The notes beneath the pieces are model-generated. The model was given only the letters and a program-made list of their open reading frames with translations. It searched no databases and was not told where the DNA came from. A DNA stretch of 63,716 bases, filler included, from Dimorphilus gyrociliatus (Eukaryota; Animalia; Annelida), in the NCBI GenBank assembly GCA_904063045.1. It is 3 parts of 3 records of this genome, joined end to end, with 100 filler letters (N's around TTAATTAATTAA, not from the genome) between each part and the next. Parts side by side here need not be neighbours in the genome. Positions count along the whole stretch, not along the records: positions 56,782 to 63,716 come from CAJFCJ010000308.1; 2 more parts are not named here. The stretch is one strand, 5' to 3'. The first letter of the stretch is position 1. Every line of letters starts with the position of its first letter. This document shows, piece after piece, positions 61,185 through 63,716 of this stretch. The position numbers were made by a program, and so were the translations under genes.

Positions 61185-61380
61185 ATTAGAAAGCTTGTTG
61201 TTGAAAAGATGACACAAAAGATATAGCAGGTACAAATTTCAAAAACTTTGAATATTTCCAGAGGAGCCATTCAAAAAATATGGAAAAAACATAAACAGTT
61301 TGGCACTGTTGCTAACCTATCCAAATTATCAATGCCAAGAAAATTATCTGAAAAAGAGGAGCGAATTCCGGATTCATGGA
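61185..61380 (+). mobile_element. Tc1 transposase N-terminal HTH fragment
   Basis: IRKLVVEK..ISKTLNISRGAIQKIWKKHKQFGTVANL..PRKLSEKEER; related to 62122-62559. Confidence 0.7.
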
Positions 61381-61506
61381 GAGAATATCCATATCAACTT
61401 GTAAATGAATTCTACAAAGAAATGGATTACAAGGCTACATTGCATGTGGCAAGCCTAGTCTTCAAACAGGACATGCAAAAAAATGTGAGCATTTCTGTCA
61501 GAATAT

Positions 61507-61565
61507 TGTACAACTTTGGTTATATTTTACATGCTTGAACTCTATTGTTTTATGCAACATATACA
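61507..61565 (+). repeat. Second copy of the LTR 5' end (LTR remnant)
   Basis: TGTACAACTTTGGTTATATTTTACATGCTTGAACTCTATTGTTTTATGCAAC differs at about 2 of 52 positions from the minus-strand sequence starting at 51327. Confidence 0.65.
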
Positions 61566-61899
61566 TGTACATCTTAAAACCTATGCAAGAAAATGCTATA
61601 ACATTGGCCAAACATAAGTCTGATTAGTCAGCTTGAAGGCTCATCTTTAATTACCAATAAAGGTTTGGGCAAGTTATAATTTGATTAACTTGCCTAGGGT
61701 GTGGCCAAGTTATAATTCAATTAACCTTCCTAAATGTTCAACCTTCTAACATCCTCTTACTAAACATAAATATGAACTACACACAAAAAGGAGTCACTTT
61801 CTATTTTGTTAAATGTTTTACTTAAAAATCTATCTTATGACCTTGTTTTATAGCTGATATACATAGGTAATGATAATATATTATAAAATAATAGAATTT

Positions 61900-62849
61900 C
61901 CTGATATTTTTCGGAATTCAAGCTACCCTTGTACAGATGAATTCTTCTGCTGCCATCACACCCTTATAAATCCCCATATATTTAGGGAACCATTTGCCTC
62001 TTTAAAGGTTTTAATGCAATATTTGGCCTTGTACCTATCAGATGGATGCCTTCTGACAAACTGCCATCGTTTTGGATATAAGTCTATCCTTGTTTCATCA
62101 GAAAACACAATGGAATTAATTTCATCTGTGGTCCAAGACAGTAGTCTTTTGCAAAAAATTTGATACATGCCTTTTTTGTAATAGGGGTTTTTTGGTTGCC
62201 ACATAGCCTCTCAAGTTGTGCTTCCTTAAAATACTCTTGCACATTGAAAGAGATATCACTGATGCAAAAAGAGAGGCTGATAAGATTTTTTTTGCACCCC
62301 AAAATGGATTTCTCTTTGATATCAGGCATAATTTTCTCTCATCTGCATCATTTAATTTGTGTGGTCTACCTGATTTTGATAAATTATCAATAGTTTTATG
62401 CAATTTGAACTTTTTCCAGATCCTCTGGGCACTACATCTGGAAATTTTTAGAACTTTTGCAGTTTTATTCAATGATATCCCTTCTTGGTGTTTTTCAACA
62501 ACCAAATGACGAATTCTATTATCAATTACCACCATTTTGAATAATAACCAAAGATACAATTATAATAAGACAATTTCCTTATTGATCAATGCACTTCAGT
62601 CCCCTAGTTTTCGATTTCTTAGAAAGTGACTCATTTTTGACAACCCCCCTTTTTTCGAGGTATATTTTCAAAAATCGCATTTGATAAAAGAAAAACTGTT
62701 ATTGGATAATTTTTTGTTAAGGATATTAAAATGTACATATTAATAATTATTATTATCAATTCAAACTAATTATTCACTAATATCTTCATATCTAAAATTT
62801 ACAAAAATTAAAATTCTACAGGGTGGCCTATAACATATTGCCTATACTG
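61900..62849 (-). mobile_element. Tc1-family transposon, 3'-truncated, with a 5' TIR
   Basis: Paired-type HTH (RIRHLVVEKH..SGRPHKL), then after a frameshift IVFSDETRI..GSLNIWG. Terminus TA-CAGTATAGGCAATATGTTATAGGCCACCC at 62849. Confidence 0.9.
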
Positions 62850-63115
62850 TATATGAGAAAGATGAAAGGCTTATGCAGGATGGAGCAAAATGCCATACTT
62901 TGGCCTCAACATTGACATTTTTGTAAAACTTCTGTCCACTTTTGATTAAATCTGCAAATACAAATAACTATTGGTAGTGGGTACTTTTATAAATGATTGA
63001 CAAAAATATGAATAGAGAGTTGCACTACAAAATGTTTTCTCAAAAGAGATCATAAAATCATTTCCTGCAAACTCAGGATACATTGTGTTGCTTTGTGTTG
63101 TTTTGTTCAATGGTA

Positions 63116-63172
63116 GAGGGTGAAACCGTACCTGAGTGAAACTGTACCCATGCAGGGTGAAACCGTACCCAG
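63116..63172 (+). repeat. Short tandem motif array GTGAAAC[CT]GTACC x3 (MULE-type subterminal repeats)
   Basis: Three near-identical 13-mers with short spacers. Confidence 0.6.
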
Positions 63173-63622
63173 AAAAATATTACACTTTTTTAATGTTACT
63201 ATTTAGAATTATAATAGTGGAACCTACAAAAATAAAAACACTGTTGAAATATAAACAGACAGCCATTTTAAAAATGATGAAACTGAAGTTAACTTTCACT
63301 TTGGAAAGAATTTACTTGAAAGTCAAGCTTTTTTTGATAATTATATTTGGGCAAAGATTATCATTTTAGATTTAACAGAGGTAATTTCATGTGCATTGTA
63401 ATCTAGATTAATGTTATATTCATATTTTCAATACATATTCTTTAATTTTGTGAAAAAATCCAATTTATTTGAAAAATATTTTTCAGCCATTTTCAATAAT
63501 TGTAAGTATACCTTTCCAATACTCATTTCAAATCAAACTATTATTGTTCTTTTATAGATGTGTTCAATAATATTATTTTTTATTTATTCACTAATTACAT
63601 TTAATATTTTCAGTCGGGGTCG

Positions 63623-63709
63623 GGTCAGAACGCCCCAGGTCAGTACGCCCCAGGTCAGAACGCCCCAATTTTGGGTCAGAACGCCCCATTCTTGATTTTG
63701 AACGCCCCA
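63623..63709 (+). repeat. GGTCAG[AT]ACGCCCCA array (4 full copies + 1 partial), probable DNA-transposon (MULE) terminus running off the window
   Basis: 15-mers in tandem or with 6-11 nt spacers, in GC-rich contrast to the flank. Confidence 0.7.
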
Positions 63710-63716
63710 CTCATGA

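Noticed and set aside
61660-61735. Two adjacent imperfect hairpin-like units (GGCAAGTTATAATT..TAAC..)
   Set aside because: Could be a transposon end, but no partner or coding sequence links it to anything in the window.
63623-63709. Repeat arrays here and at 53043-53154 as CRISPR-like loci
   Set aside because: Repeats are only 14-15 nt with 0-11 nt spacers, there are no cas genes, the context is eukaryotic, and the layout matches DNA-transposon termini.

Overview
AT-rich animal genomic scaffold, not prokaryotic: the modelled genes have short (mostly ~50-85 nt) spliceosomal introns, and the GRL101-like GPCR, DEG/ENaC, CBM14, PAN and F5/8-like families fit a compact invertebrate, probably lophotrochozoan, genome. 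The species cannot be determined from the sequence. Three contigs are joined by two 100-nt gaps carrying a TTAATTAATTAA spacer (25699-25798, 56682-56781). The left contig (1-25.7 kb) is gene-dense and CpG-rich. It holds a very divergent STAG/stromalin cohesin subunit, a THAP gene, four tRNA-Ser genes, an intronless GH31 alpha-1,4-glucan-lyase-like gene bracketed by an inverted tRNA-Ser(CGA) pair and with a rewritten active site, a secreted PAN protein, a CBM14 membrane protein, a 4-TM poly-His protein and an orphan GPCR. The right part (25.8-63.7 kb) is mostly pseudogenes and transposon remnants (RING, two copies of an unnamed G-x-[DN]-W repeat protein, a GPCR, an ENaC, F5/8-like fragments, PHD-FLYWCH-MULE, Tc1, Ty3/gypsy). 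Its apparently intact genes are a PAN gene, an LRR-only gene and an ABCC4-like transporter. Top candidate for novel biology: a decayed LTR retroelement whose last ORF looks like a class III (herpesvirus gB/chuvirus G-like) fusion glycoprotein, followed directly by a polypurine tract and a TG-starting LTR that has a second copy 10 kb away. All family assignments are from motif recognition by eye, and reference motifs are recalled from memory; no searches were run.
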